A DNA stretch of 64,000 bases from a bacterium (GTDB lineage Bacteria; UBA8248), in assembly GCA_965213625.1 (NCBI GenBank), contig CBDBZU010000004.1:2336001-2400000 (forward strand), given 5' to 3'. Of this stretch, positions 28,196 to 38,959 are shown piece by piece. The first letter of the stretch is position 1. Every line of letters begins with the position of its first letter. The notes under the pieces are model-generated. The model saw only the letters and a list, made by a program, of their open reading frames with translations. It made no database searches and was not told the origin of the DNA. Both the position numbers and the translations under genes were made by a program.

Positions 28196-29392
28196 ATGAA
28201 GAAAAGCTTTTTATTGATTCTCGGCTTTGTTATCGCCCTCACGGCTGCTCCCTTCGTGGAGAAAAGCCACGCGATGGACAAGGTCACACTGGGTATCGCC
28301 ATCTCGCAGACGGGCCGCTACGCCGAGCCCGCCGGACGTATGGTGAACTCCTATAAGCTGTATGTGGACCAGGTGAACGCCGGAAAAGGGTGGAACGGCA
28401 AGAAAATTGACTTCAACATTCTGGACGACAAATCGGACAAGCAGACCAGCCTCAAGCTTTACGAGAAGCTGATCACGCAGGACAAGGTGAACCTGACCAT
28501 CGGCCCCTATTCCAGCGGCATCACCGACGCCGTCGCCAACGTGTTCGAAAGGTACAAGTACCCCACGATGGCGCCGGGCGCCTCCTCAGGAATTATCTGG
28601 AAGAAAGGCCGCAAGTATCTGTTCAACATCATCGCCGTCGCCCAGGACTACCAGAAGGGCGCGATTCACATCGCCAAGGACATTGGCGTAAAAAGAATCG
28701 CCATCGTCGGCGAGGACAGCCTCTTCCCGCGCCAGTCGGCGGAAGGCGCCGTGGAGTGGGCGAAGAGGCTCGGGATCAAGGTGGTGTTGAACGAGAACTA
28801 CCCGCGCAAGCAGACCGACTTCACCGCGCTGCTGCAGAAGATCAAGGCGCGCCGCGCTGAGGCGCTCATTTCGAACAGCTACTTCGCCGACGCCGCAGCG
28901 CAGATTCGCCAGCTTAGAGAGCTCAACATCAACCTCAAGATTTTCGCCGGAACCGTCGGCCCGGGTCTTCCCAAGTTCGCCAAGCAGCTCGGCGACACCG
29001 CGGAATACGTTTTGGGCTTCAGCCAGTGGGAGCCGAAGCCGGCCATCCTCAAGCGGCCCGGCATGAAGAAGTTCATCGCGGCGTATGAAAAGCGCTACGG
29101 CGTGAAGCCGAACTACCACGCGGGCCAGTCCTACGCGTCCCTGCAGATTTTCGGTGACGCGGTGGCGAAAGCCGGTTCCGCGGATCGTGACAAGGTGTGG
29201 AAAGCGTTGCGCTCCATGAAGACAACGACCGTCATCGGCCCCTGGAAGGTGGACGACGCCAACCTGAACCAGCATGAGGGCTTGACCTTCCAGATTCTCG
29301 ACGGCCAGCGCAAAATCGTGTGGCCCAAGAATATCTCGGAAGTCCCCTACAAGCTGCCGATGCCCAATTGGAAGGAAAGAAGCAAGAACTAG
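28196..29392 (+). CDS. Liv-type ABC substrate-binding protein, paralog 3
   Basis: Same motifs; AAGGAG RBS. Confidence 0.9.
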   Translation: MKKSFLLILGFVIALTAAPFVEKSHAMDKVTLGIAISQTGRYAEPAGRMVNSYKLYVDQVNAGKGWNGKKIDFNILDDKSDKQTSLKLYEKLITQDKVNLTIGPYSSGITDAVANVFERYKYPTMAPGASSGIIWKKGRKYLFNIIAVAQDYQKGAIHIAKDIGVKRIAIVGEDSLFPRQSAEGAVEWAKRLGIKVVLNENYPRKQTDFTALLQKIKARRAEALISNSYFADAAAQIRQLRELNINLKIFAGTVGPGLPKFAKQLGDTAEYVLGFSQWEPKPAILKRPGMKKFIAAYEKRYGVKPNYHAGQSYASLQIFGDAVAKAGSADRDKVWKALRSMKTTTVIGPWKVDDANLNQHEGLTFQILDGQRKIVWPKNISEVPYKLPMPNWKERSKN

Positions 29393-29432
29393 GGGTTGCA
29401 TTAAACGCGAAAATGCAATAAACATTTGAACT

Positions 29433-29470
29433 TTCGCGCCGGGGCTGTTAAAGGCGGCCCCGGCGCGAAG
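29433..29470 (+). terminator. Strong intergenic hairpin (partial terminator or mRNA stabiliser)
   Basis: TTCGCGCCGGGGCTG-ttaaagg-CGGCCCCGGCGCGAA between the binding-protein and permease genes. Confidence 0.6.
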
Positions 29471-29519
29471 GCGAAAGTATCCGGTTTTTTTGCGTAGTAT
29501 TCCGAGGACATGATTTCTC

Positions 29520-30509
29520 ATGCAGGAAAAAGCGGAAATCCGTAGTAAATACTGGTTGGCGTTGTTTTTGGTTGCGGCGTACACCATTCCTTTCGGCATC
29601 GGTATTTATACGGATAACGTCTTCTTCGATCTTCAGTGGCTGGCGGATCTGACCACCGTCATCCTGAACGGCATTATGCAGGGTGGCGTATACGCCATGT
29701 TCGCTGTAGGGCTCACGCTCATCTTCGGCGTCATGCGCATCATCAACGTGGCGCACGGCGAGCTGGTGATGCTGGGCGCCTACCTGACCTGGATGTTCTT
29801 CTTCTACGTTGGATTCGACCCGCTCCTCGCCTTGTTCATCACGCTCCCCATCGCTTTCGTCATCGGGCTCCTTATCCAGAAGCTGCTGTTGAACGCCGTG
29901 GTGGGTGGGCCGGAACTCACGCCTTTGCTGATAACTTTCGGTATGGGCCTCACGATCATCCATATCGTGGAAGCCATCTTCACCACGGATTACCGCACTA
30001 TTCCATACGCTCCCGACGCGTTCCAGCTCACCGAGACTATCGCGGTGAGCAGGAGCAAGATCATCAGTTTCGTGATGGCCGCCTTTATTTCCATCAGCGT
30101 CTTTGTTTTTCTGAAAATCCACCGCATCGGCAAGGCGATACGCGCGACGGCGCAAAACGCGGACGTCGCTATGGTCTGCGGCATCAACATTTTCCATATT
30201 TACATGATCACCTCGGGACTGGCGGCGGCGCTTGCGGTGGCGGGCGGCGCACTTGTGTCGATTCAGTTCGGCTTCAACCCGGAAACGGGTGTTTTGTATA
30301 CGCTGCAGGCCTTCGCCATCATCGTGCTCGGAGGCAGGGGCCACTATATCGGTGCGCTCATCGGAGGGGTGATGCTCGCGGTCATCGAGAGCCTCATCTC
30401 CTTCATGATCCCCAACGGCACCGCCATGGTGGAAATTGCGTCCTACGGGATGATGGTTTTCGTGCTGCTGATCAGGCCTCGCGGCCTGATGGGGCCGAAA
30501 GAAAACTAG
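29520..30509 (+). CDS. livH: Branched-chain amino acid ABC permease
   Basis: GLTLIFGVMRIINVAHG, GKAIRATAQN, LLIRP.GL. Confidence 0.88.
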   Translation: MQEKAEIRSKYWLALFLVAAYTIPFGIGIYTDNVFFDLQWLADLTTVILNGIMQGGVYAMFAVGLTLIFGVMRIINVAHGELVMLGAYLTWMFFFYVGFDPLLALFITLPIAFVIGLLIQKLLLNAVVGGPELTPLLITFGMGLTIIHIVEAIFTTDYRTIPYAPDAFQLTETIAVSRSKIISFVMAAFISISVFVFLKIHRIGKAIRATAQNADVAMVCGINIFHIYMITSGLAAALAVAGGALVSIQFGFNPETGVLYTLQAFAIIVLGGRGHYIGALIGGVMLAVIESLISFMIPNGTAMVEIASYGMMVFVLLIRPRGLMGPKEN

Positions 30510-30520
30510 GAGAGATCTGA

Positions 30521-31459
30521 ATGGGCCAAAAAGAACACCTCCGCAATTTCGGAATGCTGGCCATACTCATCATCATCCTGTGTGCGTTGCCATCGAATAT
30601 CAACCTGTACCAGCGCTCCGTCATCATGTTCACGATGATGTACGTCGTTCTCTCCTTGAGCTGGAACATCATCAGCGGCTATACGGGCTACGTGTCTTTC
30701 GGCCATGTGATGTTCTACGGCATCGGCGCATACGCCACGGGCATTCTGGTGGTGGACTACGGCTGGCACTGGGTTCCGACCCTCTTCATGGGCGTGTTCG
30801 TCTCCTTCGTGGTCTCATTGATAATCGGATTTCCGGTTTTGCGCCTCAAGGGCCCTTATTTCGCTATCGCCATGCTCGGCGCCGCGGAGGGCACGCGCGT
30901 GGTGGCCACGGTGTGGGAAGACCTCACCCACGGTGGCGAGGGAATTGGACTGCCCAACATCGAAAACTCCTTTGAAACGTATTTCGCCATGCTGGTGGTC
31001 ATGCTGGTCACCATTGTCGTTTCCTACTGGGTAGGGCATTCGAGGTTCGGGATCCGCCTGAACGCCATACGTGAGGACGAGATCGCCGCGGAGAGCCTGG
31101 GCATCAACACCACGTTCTATAAACTCTCCGCCTTCGCGCTCTCCGCCATCTTCCCGGCGGCGGCAGGCGGCATTCAGGCGTACAAGGTTCTCTACATCGA
31201 CCCCGAAACCGAGTTCTTCATCCTCGTCACCATCTACATGAAGCTCTTCGCCATGTTCGGCGGCAAGGGCACGGTGATCGGGCCTATTCTGGGCACGTTC
31301 GTCTTGTATATCGTTCAGGAAATCACCTGGGTGAAATTCCCGACGGCTCACCTCATCGCCTTCGGCGTCTTTATCGTCCTCGTGGCCCGGTTCATGCCGC
31401 GCGGATTGATGGGATACGCCATCGATAAGGGTTGGGCGCGCAAGGGAATGGTTCACTAA
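30521..31459 (+). CDS. livM: Branched-chain amino acid ABC permease
   Basis: WNIISGYTGYVSFGH, LRLKGPYFAI, AIREDE.AA.SLGI. Confidence 0.88.
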   Translation: MGQKEHLRNFGMLAILIIILCALPSNINLYQRSVIMFTMMYVVLSLSWNIISGYTGYVSFGHVMFYGIGAYATGILVVDYGWHWVPTLFMGVFVSFVVSLIIGFPVLRLKGPYFAIAMLGAAEGTRVVATVWEDLTHGGEGIGLPNIENSFETYFAMLVVMLVTIVVSYWVGHSRFGIRLNAIREDEIAAESLGINTTFYKLSAFALSAIFPAAAGGIQAYKVLYIDPETEFFILVTIYMKLFAMFGGKGTVIGPILGTFVLYIVQEITWVKFPTAHLIAFGVFIVLVARFMPRGLMGYAIDKGWARKGMVH

Positions 31460-31480
31460 GAAACGGAGCAGCGCAAGAAA

Positions 31481-32206
31481 ATGGCCGAAACGGAAATTGC
31501 TCTCGATATTCAGAACCTGAAGAAGTATTTTGGGGGCATCAAGGCGGTGGACGGGTGCACGTTTCAGGTGCCCAAAGGCCAGATATCGGGCCTGATCGGA
31601 CCGAACGGCTCCGGCAAGACCACCACGTTCAACCTGCTCACGGGCGTTCTCGCGGCGGACAGCGGTGAGGTGCTCTATAACGGAGAGAACATCGTCGGCT
31701 TGAGGCCCTATGAAATTTTCAACAGGGGCATAAGCCGTACGTTCCAGATTACGCGCATTTATCGCGAAATGACGGTGTTCGAGAACATGCTTTCCGCATC
31801 GAGCATGAAAATGCCCTTGCGCGAGGCTCGTGCCCGGGCGGAACAGTTGATGGAATTCGTCACGCTCACGAAGCTTCGAGGCGAGTATGGCGGAAACCTC
31901 TCCTACGGACAGCAGAAACTTCTCGAATTCGCCCGCGCCCTGATGACGGACCCCGACCTCATCCTCCTCGATGAACCCGCGGCCGGCGTCAACAGAACCC
32001 TGCTCAACAACCTGCTCGACCATATTCACCATCTTCAGGAAGAGCAGGGAAAAACGGTGCTCATCGTCGAGCACGACATGAACGTCATCATGAATCATTG
32101 CGAAAAAGTGTTCGTGCTCGACTACGGCGTGAAGATCGCCGAGGGTCTGCCCGAGAACATTCAGACGAACGAAGAAGTCATCGAAGCATATTTTGGACAC
32201 AAATAA
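31481..32206 (+). CDS. livG: ABC ATP-binding protein
   Basis: [28 protein letters not shown]. Confidence 0.9.
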   Translation: MAETEIALDIQNLKKYFGGIKAVDGCTFQVPKGQISGLIGPNGSGKTTTFNLLTGVLAADSGEVLYNGENIVGLRPYEIFNRGISRTFQITRIYREMTVFENMLSASSMKMPLREARARAEQLMEFVTLTKLRGEYGGNLSYGQQKLLEFARALMTDPDLILLDEPAAGVNRTLLNNLLDHIHHLQEEQGKTVLIVEHDMNVIMNHCEKVFVLDYGVKIAEGLPENIQTNEEVIEAYFGHK

Positions 32207-32920
32207 ATGGCGTTATTAGACCTCAAGGATGTCAACGCGGCGTATGGCCGAATCCAGATACTCCACGACGTGTCGCTCCACGTGAACGAAAAAGAGGTGG
32301 TGGCTGTCATCGGGCCGAACGGCGCGGGAAAATCCACGACCTTCAAAATCATCATGGGCTTCATTAACTATCTCGGCGGCGAGATAGAGTTCGACGGCCA
32401 GAACATCGTAGGTTTCCGGCCCGATCAGATTCTGGGCCGAGGGCTGGGATACGTGCCGCAGGGCCGCATCGTTTTCAATCAGATGACGGTCAAGGAAAAC
32501 CTGGAGATGGGCGCCTATATCGAACGCGATCAGAAGAAAATCGACGAGGCGATGGATTATGTTTTCACGCTCTTCCCGCGCCTCGGCGAGCGGCAGAAGC
32601 AGTTGGGAGGCACGATGAGCGGCGGCGAGCAGCAGATGCTGGCGATGGGCCGCGCCCTGATGACGAGGCCCAAGATGATCATGCTCGACGAACCGTCCCT
32701 CGGTTTGAGCCCCCGCTTCGTCACGGAAGTGTTCGAGAAAATCGTAAGCCTCGCGAAGGAAGGCCTGACCATCATGCTGGTCGAGCAGAACGCCGCGCGC
32801 GCCCTGGAGATATCGGACCGCGGCTACGTGCTCGAACTCGGCAGGAACCGCTATCAGGGCGGCGGCCACGAACTCCTGAACAACCAGGAAGTCAAGATGA
32901 TGTACCTGGGCGGCGGCTAG
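32207..32920 (+). CDS. livF: ABC ATP-binding protein
   Basis: GPNGAGKST, MSGGEQQMLA, LDEPSLGL, LVEQN. Confidence 0.92.
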   Translation: MALLDLKDVNAAYGRIQILHDVSLHVNEKEVVAVIGPNGAGKSTTFKIIMGFINYLGGEIEFDGQNIVGFRPDQILGRGLGYVPQGRIVFNQMTVKENLEMGAYIERDQKKIDEAMDYVFTLFPRLGERQKQLGGTMSGGEQQMLAMGRALMTRPKMIMLDEPSLGLSPRFVTEVFEKIVSLAKEGLTIMLVEQNAARALEISDRGYVLELGRNRYQGGGHELLNNQEVKMMYLGGG

Positions 32921-33099
32921 CAGACCAACCCCTTCTTCACCTTGTAATTTCTTTTCTCCTAGCTTGAAAAGCCTCGCGCCCTCTGCTTGATTGAATCCTT
33001 TTCCCTCGTTCCTATATCATTTGGACTGCACCTTTGCGCTAGGCTTGCGCTTCGACTCTGTGCTATAAATGCTTGCTCTGCTCGGGAGGATTCCACGCC

Positions 33100-33750
33100 A
33101 TGATCCGCGTGAAGATTTGTGGGGTGACGACGGTAGAGGACGCGGAATTCGCACTTGATGTGGGGGCCGACGCCCTGGGGCTGAATTTTGTTCCGGGCAC
33201 TCCACGGTGTCTGGAAGTGGAGCAGGCGAGGGAGATTGGAGATGCGCTCCCGCCTTTCGGGACGCGGGTCGGCGTTTTCGTGAACGAGTCCCCCGAGCGC
33301 GTGATGGAAATCGCGCATCAAGTCGGGTTGGATGCGGCGCAGCTTCATGGAGATGAAACGCCTGAGGATTGCCGCTGGCTCATGGAGCGGGGTTTACGCG
33401 TCATCCGGGCTTTAAGGGTGAAAGGGCCCGAGACGGTAGCGCAGATAAACGACTTCCCCGGCTGCGCCATTTTGTTGGACGCCTACGTGAAAGGCGCGCT
33501 CGGAGGCACGGGCGAGACTTTCGATTGGGAGTTGGCCCGGCGGGCGGCCGAAGCGAGACCCATCATCCTCTCGGGCGGTCTTAAGCCCGAGAACGTGGGT
33601 GAAGCCGTGAGGAGCGTTCAGCCCTATGGGGTGGATTCGAGCAGCGGGGTGGAGGGCGCGGTTTTGGCCCGCAAAGACCCCGAGCGGGTCCTGGGATTCA
33701 TCGAAAACGCGCGAGCGGCGATAACAGAACTTGAGGAAATGAGAAGATGA
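33100..33750 (+). CDS. trpF: Phosphoribosylanthranilate isomerase
   Basis: [35 protein letters not shown]. Confidence 0.96.
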   Translation: MIRVKICGVTTVEDAEFALDVGADALGLNFVPGTPRCLEVEQAREIGDALPPFGTRVGVFVNESPERVMEIAHQVGLDAAQLHGDETPEDCRWLMERGLRVIRALRVKGPETVAQINDFPGCAILLDAYVKGALGGTGETFDWELARRAAEARPIILSGGLKPENVGEAVRSVQPYGVDSSSGVEGAVLARKDPERVLGFIENARAAITELEEMRR

Positions 33751-34964
33751 GCGAATTGGTCTCCAAGGGAAGGTTCGGTCGGTTCGGGGGGCGCTATGTG
33801 CCTGAAACCCTCATGCCCGCTCTTGATGAACTTGAGGTTGCTTACGAGGAAGCCCGCAGCGACCCAGCGTATAACGAAGAACTCGCCCAGTATCTCAGAG
33901 AATTCGTGGGCAGGCCCACACCGCTGTATCTGGCGGAGCGCCTCTCCGATCATTTGGGCGTACTCAGGGTTTATCTCAAGCGCGAGGATCTCTGCCACAC
34001 GGGCGCCCATAAGATTAACAACACGCTCGCCCAGGTCCTTCTGGCCAGGAGACTGGGGAAAACACGGATCATCGCGGAGACGGGAGCGGGTCAGCACGGA
34101 GTGGCCACGGCGACAGCGGCGGCGCTATTCGGCCTGGAATGCGACGTCTACATGGGCGAGGAGGACATCGGCAGGCAATCGCTCAACGTGTTCCGCATGC
34201 GCCTTCTGGGCGCGCGGGTGATTCCGGTCACCTCGGGCAGCAAGACCCTCAAGGACGCCACGAACGAGACGCTGCGCGACTGGACGGCTTCGGTGCGAAC
34301 GACCCACTACATCATCGGCTCGGTGGTGGGGCCGCATCCTTTTCCAGAGATGATACGCGATTTTCAGTCCGTCATCGGTCGTGAGGCGCGCGCACAGATA
34401 ATCGAGGCCGAAGGCCGGCTTCCCGACGTTTGTGTGGCCTGCGTGGGAGGCGGCAGCAATTCCATCGGCCTGTTCCATCCCTTCGTGGATGACGAAGACG
34501 TCGAACTCATCGGCGTGGAAGCAGGTGGCCGGGGTCTGGACACAGAGGAGCACGGCGCATCCCTGACCGCGGGGCGTGTGGGTGTTCTGCACGGATGCGA
34601 GACGTTCCTGCTCTATGACGACGATGGGCAAATCATCCCGGCGCATTCTGTGTCCGCGGGTCTCGATTATCCCGGCGTAGGGCCTGAGCATTCGTATTTC
34701 AAGGATTCCGGGCGTGCGCGCTACGTTACGGTTGAAGACCATGACGCGCTCAAGTCGTTTCAAAAGCTCTCCGTGCTGGAGGGCATCATCCCCGCGTTCG
34801 AGAGCGCCCACGCGATATCATATCTGGATCGCCTGGCCGAGGAGACGAGAGAGGCGGGCGAGATGAAGACCGTGGTGCTTTGCCTTTCGGGCCGGGGAGA
34901 CAAGGACGTGCATCAGGCGGAAGGGCTTTTGACGGAAATGCTCGATGACGAGGAAGTGCGCTGA
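33747..34964 (+). CDS. trpB: Tryptophan synthase beta chain
   Basis: [36 protein letters not shown]. Confidence 0.98.
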   Translation: MSELVSKGRFGRFGGRYVPETLMPALDELEVAYEEARSDPAYNEELAQYLREFVGRPTPLYLAERLSDHLGVLRVYLKREDLCHTGAHKINNTLAQVLLARRLGKTRIIAETGAGQHGVATATAAALFGLECDVYMGEEDIGRQSLNVFRMRLLGARVIPVTSGSKTLKDATNETLRDWTASVRTTHYIIGSVVGPHPFPEMIRDFQSVIGREARAQIIEAEGRLPDVCVACVGGGSNSIGLFHPFVDDEDVELIGVEAGGRGLDTEEHGASLTAGRVGVLHGCETFLLYDDDGQIIPAHSVSAGLDYPGVGPEHSYFKDSGRARYVTVEDHDALKSFQKLSVLEGIIPAFESAHAISYLDRLAEETREAGEMKTVVLCLSGRGDKDVHQAEGLLTEMLDDEEVR

Positions 34965-35782
34965 TGGGCGATAGACTGGAAACGTGTTTCAACCGTTTGC
35001 GCACAGAGGGCCGGGCCGGTCTGTTCCCGTTCGTTACAGCGGGCGACCCTGACCTTAGCTTCACTCGTGAACTACTGCCCCTCATGACCGAGGCGGGAGC
35101 GGACGGCTTCGAAATAGGGGTCCCCTTCAGCGATCCCCTGGCGGACGGTCCTACCATCCAGCGCTCGAGCATGCGCTCGCTCGAGGGCGGAACCCGCCTG
35201 AGCGGCGTCCTGGAAATGGTGGGCGAGGTCCGTGCGGATATACCCGATACGCCTCTGGTCCTGATGACATATTACAACCCCATCATCGCCATGGGTCTGG
35301 CGGAGTTCGTACGCGGCGCATCGCAGGTGGGGGCCGACGCCGTCATCGTGCCTGACCTGCCGCCCGAAGAAGCGAGCGCTCTTGTCGAAATAATGAACGA
35401 CTATCCGCTCGAGCCCGTTTTCATGCTCGCGCCCACGAGCACGCAGGAGCGTATCGAGCTGGTGAACGACGTGGGTGGCGGCTTCATCTACTACGTCGGG
35501 CAGATGGGGGTGACCGGCGCACGCGACGCCCTGGATTCGGATTTGGGCGCCACCCTGACTAAGATCAACCGGGTGAAGGATCGGCCCGTACTCGTGGGGT
35601 TCGGCATCAAGACGCCCGAGCAGGCCGCGGAAGTGGCCGGCCATGCCGATGGCGTCATCGTGGGCAGCGCGCTGATAGATGTCATGGAGGCGCAAGCATC
35701 CCGCGATGGCAAGATGCGGTCGGCTTGTGATTACATCGCCTCTTTGCGGGAAGGTCTCGATCGCTCAAAAACGGTTTCTTGA
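34964..35782 (+). CDS. trpA: Tryptophan synthase alpha chain
   Basis: EIGVPFSDPLADGPTIQ, GVTGAR, VGFGI, VIVGSA. Confidence 0.97.
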   Translation: MGDRLETCFNRLRTEGRAGLFPFVTAGDPDLSFTRELLPLMTEAGADGFEIGVPFSDPLADGPTIQRSSMRSLEGGTRLSGVLEMVGEVRADIPDTPLVLMTYYNPIIAMGLAEFVRGASQVGADAVIVPDLPPEEASALVEIMNDYPLEPVFMLAPTSTQERIELVNDVGGGFIYYVGQMGVTGARDALDSDLGATLTKINRVKDRPVLVGFGIKTPEQAAEVAGHADGVIVGSALIDVMEAQASRDGKMRSACDYIASLREGLDRSKTVS

Positions 35783-35837
35783 TAATCAAACTCAACATGA
35801 TGCGTAAGAATCTGTAGATCATTTCGAGGGTAATGCC

Positions 35838-37244
35838 ATGTCGAAAAACACGCTGTACGATAAGGTTTGGGATTCCCACACCGTGGCCAAGCTCGATTCG
35901 GGCCAGGACCAGATATTCATCGGCCTGCATCTCATCCATGAGGTCACAACACCCCAGGCGTTCGGGATGCTCAAGGAAATCGGCGCCGGCGTCGCTTTCC
36001 CCGGCCGCACGATGGGGACCGTGGACCACATCATCCCCACGCTCAGCCAGATAAGGCCCTACGAGGACGAGCAAGCCGAGAAGATGATGGCCGCCCTGGA
36101 GCAGAACGTGAACGAGTTCGGCGTCCGCTTTCTGCATCTCGATTCCGGCAAGCAGGGCATCGTTCACGTCATCGGGCCGGAGTTGGGGCTCAGCCAGCCC
36201 GGCATGACCATCGCATGCGGCGACAGCCATACGAGTACGCACGGCGCGATGGGTTCTCTGGGCTTCGGCATCGGCACGACCGAGGTGGGCCACGTCCTGG
36301 CGACGCAGACCCTGGCGCTGAACCGCCTGAAGGTGAAGCGAATCGAGGTCACGGGCGCTCTCAGCCCCGGCGTGACGCCCAAGGACGTGACTTTGCGCGT
36401 CATCCACGATCAGGGCATCAAGGGCGGCCTGGGCTTCGCCTATGAATACGGAGGCGATGTTTTCGATGACATGTCGATGGAAGGGCGCATGACGGTCTGC
36501 AACATGAGCATCGAGGGCGGCGCCCGCATCGGCTATGTGAATCCGGACCAGACGACGTTCGATTATCTCGAAGGCCGCGAGTTCAGCCCCGAAGGAGAAG
36601 CATGGGAAAGAGGGCTGGCGTACTGGAAAGATATCGCCTCGGGCGATGACGCGGAATATGACGATGTCTACGAGATTGCGGGCGAGTCGATCGAACCGAT
36701 GGTCACCTGGGGTATCAACCCGGGGCATTCTGTCGGAATCTCGCAGCCACTTCCCGAGGTTGGCAGCTTCGCGGGCGAGGACAGGAATACGGCGGAACAC
36801 GGCTATGAATTCATGGCCCTCAAGCCGGGCGAGTCGATTCTGGGCACGAAGGTCGATGTCGCCTTCCTGGGTTCCTGCACGAATTCGAGAATCTCCGACT
36901 TGCGCGAGGGCGCGCAGCTGATAAAGGGCAACAAGGTGCACCCAGGGGTCAGGATGCTGGTGGTTCCCGGCTCCCAGCAGGTGAAGCAGCAGGCCGAGGA
37001 AGAGGGATTGCACGAAATTTTCACCGATGCGGGCGCCGAGTGGCGCGAAGCGGGATGCTCGATGTGTCTGGGCATGAACCCGGACAAGCTCGTGGGTGCG
37101 GAGAGAAGCATCTCCACTTCGAACCGCAATTTCATCGGGCGTCAGGGCAGTCCGCGCGGAAGAACACATCTGGGCAGTCCGGCCGTCGTCGTCTCATCGG
37201 CGATTGCGGGCTGCATCGCGGACCCCAGAGAAATGGGAGAATAA
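35838..37244 (+). CDS. leuC: 3-isopropylmalate dehydratase large subunit
   Basis: [44 protein letters not shown]. Confidence 0.97.
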   Translation: MSKNTLYDKVWDSHTVAKLDSGQDQIFIGLHLIHEVTTPQAFGMLKEIGAGVAFPGRTMGTVDHIIPTLSQIRPYEDEQAEKMMAALEQNVNEFGVRFLHLDSGKQGIVHVIGPELGLSQPGMTIACGDSHTSTHGAMGSLGFGIGTTEVGHVLATQTLALNRLKVKRIEVTGALSPGVTPKDVTLRVIHDQGIKGGLGFAYEYGGDVFDDMSMEGRMTVCNMSIEGGARIGYVNPDQTTFDYLEGREFSPEGEAWERGLAYWKDIASGDDAEYDDVYEIAGESIEPMVTWGINPGHSVGISQPLPEVGSFAGEDRNTAEHGYEFMALKPGESILGTKVDVAFLGSCTNSRISDLREGAQLIKGNKVHPGVRMLVVPGSQQVKQQAEEEGLHEIFTDAGAEWREAGCSMCLGMNPDKLVGAERSISTSNRNFIGRQGSPRGRTHLGSPAVVVSSAIAGCIADPREMGE

Positions 37245-37246
37245 GC

Positions 37247-37852
37247 ATGAGCACGAAAAAAATCGAAAAAATCGTCGGCAAGGCCATACCCATGCCGCGC
37301 GACGACATCGATACCGATAGGATAACGCCGGCGCGGTTTCTCAAGTCCATTACCTTCGAGGGCATCGAGAAGGCCCTGTTCTGCGATGAACGCGAGAACA
37401 CGCCCGATCACCCCGTCGACAACCCCGCCCACAAAGGGGCCAACATGATGTTCGTGGGCAAGAACTTCGGTTCGGGCTCCTCGCGCGAACACGCTCCGCA
37501 GGCCCTAAAACGCTTCGGCATCGACGTGCTTGTCGGGGTATCGTTCGCCGAAATTTTTGCAGGCAACTGCTTCGCCATCGGTGTGCCGCTGGGCGTGGCT
37601 TCTTCGGATGACGTGAATGAGCTGATCGAAAAGGCGCAGGAAGAGCCGGAGACGCGCTTCACCGTGGACATCAGGAAATCCACTGTCAGCTTCGGCGATC
37701 GCGTCATACCAATCGACATTCAGGAGACGCGTAAAGCTGCGTTTCTGGCCGGCACTTGGGACATGCTCGCCAATTTGAGAAGCAATCTGCCCCAGGTCGA
37801 GGAGGTGGCGCAGCATCTACCCTACGTCACGAATTTCGAGGGTGAAGCGTAA
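37247..37852 (+). CDS. leuD: 3-isopropylmalate dehydratase small subunit
   Basis: IDTD.I.PARFLK, NFGSGSSREHA, SFAEIF.GN. Confidence 0.96.
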   Translation: MSTKKIEKIVGKAIPMPRDDIDTDRITPARFLKSITFEGIEKALFCDERENTPDHPVDNPAHKGANMMFVGKNFGSGSSREHAPQALKRFGIDVLVGVSFAEIFAGNCFAIGVPLGVASSDDVNELIEKAQEEPETRFTVDIRKSTVSFGDRVIPIDIQETRKAAFLAGTWDMLANLRSNLPQVEEVAQHLPYVTNFEGEA

Positions 37853-37870
37853 TAAGGAGAGGAGTCTTCA

Positions 37871-38959
37871 GTGAGTAGTTATCGGATAGCCGTTTTGCCG
37901 GGCGACGGCATCGGCCAGGAGGTGGTGGCGCAGGCGTGCTCTGTCCTGGAGGCGGCGGGCAATCGTTTCGGTGTGGGTTTCGAGTACGAAGAAGGGCTTT
38001 GCGGCGGTGCGGCTTATGACGCTACGGGAGAACCCCTTCCCGAGGAAACACTCGCCCTCTGCCGCCGGAGCGATGCCGGGCTGTTCGGCGCAGTGGGAGG
38101 TCCGAAATGGGATGAACTCTCGCGCGACAAACGCCCCGAGCAAGCCATCCTGGGTTTGCGGAAAGAGTTGAACCTCTTCGCCAATCTAAGGCCCGCTGTG
38201 ATGTTCGACCCATTGGTGGAAGCATCTTCGCTCAAGCCCGAGGTCGTTCGCGGCCTCGACATGCTCGTAGTGCGCGAGGGCGTGAGCGGCATATATTTCG
38301 GCCAGCCGAGGGGTATCGAGCGGCTATCGCCTGATGAGGAAAAAGCGGTCGACACGATGACGTATACCACGGGCGAGATTCGCCAGATCGTTCGGCTCGC
38401 GTTCGAGTTGGCCTCCGTGCGCGGGAAGAAGCTCTGCTCGGTGGACAAGGAAAACGTACTCGACAACAGCCGCTTGTGGCGCAGGGTCGCTGCAGACGTC
38501 GCCGGGGAATTCCCCGAAATTGAAACCAGCCACATGTACGTGGATAACGCGGCGATGCAGTTGATTCGCGACCCGCTCCAATTCGACGTCATCGTCACGG
38601 GCAACATGTTCGGCGACATACTGAGCGATTGCGCCTCCATGCTCACCGGTTCCATCGGCATGCTCGCATCGGCGAACCTGAACGAGACCGGTTTCGGCTT
38701 GTATGAGCCGGTGCACGGCACCGCGCCCGATATCGCCGGCCAGAACAAGGCGAACCCGATTGCGGCCATCATGTCGGCCGCGATGCTGTGCCGCTATTCG
38801 CTCAAGCGCGTGGACGTGGCCGAAGTTATCGAGGCGGCAGTCGCCGCGGCGCTCGATGAGGGTCTCAGAACGCCCGACATCCATACACCCAGCGCAACGG
38901 CGGTGGGTTGTGAAGAGATGGGCGCGAGAGTCGCCGCTCTGGCGGGAGGAGCGTCGTAA
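37871..38959 (+). CDS. leuB: 3-isopropylmalate dehydrogenase
   Basis: LPGDGIG, NLRP, NMFGDILSD, YEPVHGTAPDIAG. Confidence 0.96.
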   Translation: MSSYRIAVLPGDGIGQEVVAQACSVLEAAGNRFGVGFEYEEGLCGGAAYDATGEPLPEETLALCRRSDAGLFGAVGGPKWDELSRDKRPEQAILGLRKELNLFANLRPAVMFDPLVEASSLKPEVVRGLDMLVVREGVSGIYFGQPRGIERLSPDEEKAVDTMTYTTGEIRQIVRLAFELASVRGKKLCSVDKENVLDNSRLWRRVAADVAGEFPEIETSHMYVDNAAMQLIRDPLQFDVIVTGNMFGDILSDCASMLTGSIGMLASANLNETGFGLYEPVHGTAPDIAGQNKANPIAAIMSAAMLCRYSLKRVDVAEVIEAAVAAALDEGLRTPDIHTPSATAVGCEEMGARVAALAGGAS

